Source: Nemertoderma westbladi (lineage: Eukaryota; Animalia; Xenacoelomorpha). From it: a stretch of DNA of 64,000 nt. Within the stretch, counting starts at the first letter, position 1; each line of letters opens with the position of its first letter. The stretch is from NCBI GenBank assembly GCA_032718475.1, contig JAUCBJ010008410.1, positions 1 to 64,000 on the forward strand, in the 5' to 3' direction. Positions 62,476-64,000 of the stretch are shown here, piece by piece. The notes below the pieces were generated by a model that searched no databases, had not been told where the DNA came from, and worked only from the letters and a program-made list of their open reading frames with translations. The position numbers and the translations under genes are program-made.

Positions 62476-62700
62476 CCGACAGACAGGCAGACAGACAAAC
62501 AGACAGACAGGCATATAGAGAGTAACATAGATAGACGCATATGAATTAATTAAGACATGCACATAATAATGGAATATTATGCCTTGAGCAAAGATAAGAG
62601 GGGCAGACATATACATACATACAGACAGAATGACTGACAGACTGACAGACAGACTGACTGACAGACAGACAGACTGACGGACAGACAGAGAGACAGACAG
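62476..62700. repeat. (CAGA)n degenerate microsatellite
   Basis: Runs of ACAG/ACTG units seen directly. Confidence 0.85.
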
Positions 62701-62756
62701 AGGGAATGTAGATATACTTAAATGAATCAATGACATACAGGATTAATTTAGATAGT

Positions 62757-64000
62757 CTACTCATGCGAGTTCGGAGAGAAAACCGCTATTCAATGTTTTA
62801 TTTGTCAACGAGGTGTTCACAGTGGTTGTGTCACTGATCCAACGCAAACAGAAGAATATAAAGCACTAACGTCGGCCCGCGGATTTGTCTGGGTATGCCT
62901 CTATTGCCAACAACGGTCCATAGCTGGCAAAGCAATTATTCGCGATAAAGAAGGCGAATCCATTGCCGGTATTCGTAAGCGTCAAATTCTAGGCGCAGTG
63001 GCTACGACTGAAGGAGTACCGGTACCGTTGTCGGAACAAATGAGGGTTAAGGAACTGCAAACAAGAAGTCCAACAGTCAATGGGCCAAGTCAGTTCGAGA
63101 GTGATAACTGCATTCTCACCATTACAAACACCGCTACTGGTCAATTCACCGTCAGTTCCAGTATATGGATTCGACCAACCAAACTCAAGTTAGTCGACTA
63201 CAAAACCGCTTTGATATACTGGACGATGAAGATGATGATGTTGTCGATTTAGGTTCTGTACATTATGAAACAGAGGATGAATGGGTAAATCCCAACAGTA
63301 CTGTTGGTAGAGAGACGTCACCGGTATCACACAACCACAATAAATCGGAACCTCATTCTACAAACAGCAGCAATGAAAATAGACCTGTCTGTCGGTTCTT
63401 TCGCAATGGGAACTGCCAGTTTGGCCGATCGGGACGAGGCTGTTCATATCGACATCCAAAACTTTGTCTTAAATTCTTAAACAAAGGAAAATCAAGCCAA
63501 GGTGGCTGCACTAAGGGGACGTCCTGTAGGTACTTTCATCCCACACTGTGCCGCAATTCTGTCAACGAAAAACAATGCCTTAATGGCAAATGTAACTTCT
63601 ACCATATCCGTGGCACTCAACGTGCCAAGAGGCTGCAGGAAAATCGCGTGGAAGACAGATATAATATCAGGGAACAAAGTGTTGGGCTACAAGGGAATAA
63701 CATAGTCCCCCGGAGCTACACCAAGTCGAACCTCCCTCCTCATAGAGAAATCGACCAACCAAACACCAATGGTCAAATCCAGCAGCGTAACGTGGAATGC
63801 TATCGCTATGGTGAAGCTCAGACTTTGCAGACCACGGATCAGAGTTCTTTTTTAGAGAACGCCATGGCGGAAATGCAGAACTCGTTTACTATGCAAATGT
63901 CTCAGATGCAGGATCAAATATCGGGTATGCAGCGCCAGTTCTCTCACCAACTTCAGCAGTTGGTGCAGCTACAGCCCCAGGCAGCTGCATCCCCACCTCA
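62757..64000 (+). mobile_element. Second, 5'-truncated copy of the CR1-like LINE ORF1 region
   Basis: Near-identical to 50964-52234, with a ~28-bp deletion near 63140. Confidence 0.92.

Overview
This is eukaryotic, probably invertebrate animal, genomic DNA that is AT-rich and dense in transposable elements. Positions 1-19127 hold the right-hand part of an endogenous Polinton/Maverick (polintovirus). Its + strand virion module has two minor capsid paralogues, a basic core protein, the major capsid protein, an adenain-type protease and a DEDD/Maelstrom-like nuclease. A palindrome-rich non-coding block follows. The convergent - strand module has a PC4-like protein, a protein-primed PolB and a TATA-binding-protein-like gene. 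A 6.19-kb part of the element is tandemly duplicated, PolB carries two in-frame stops in both copies, and the element ends in ACTACTACT. The rest of the window consists of large introns of a + strand host ADAM/reprolysin metalloprotease-disintegrin gene. In this gene two symmetric ShKT-domain exons lie between the zinc-binding motif and the Met-turn. The introns hold nested elements: an RTE remnant and other LINEs, a Kolobok MITE and a Kolobok transposon, Gypsy and BEL remnants, a P-element-like transposase, a foldback element, a hATm transposon with a young full-length Copia inside, two related solo LTRs, and a CR1-like LINE containing an L2/Crack-like LINE with a 2A-like peptide. All family assignments come from motif recognition by eye, with no database searches.
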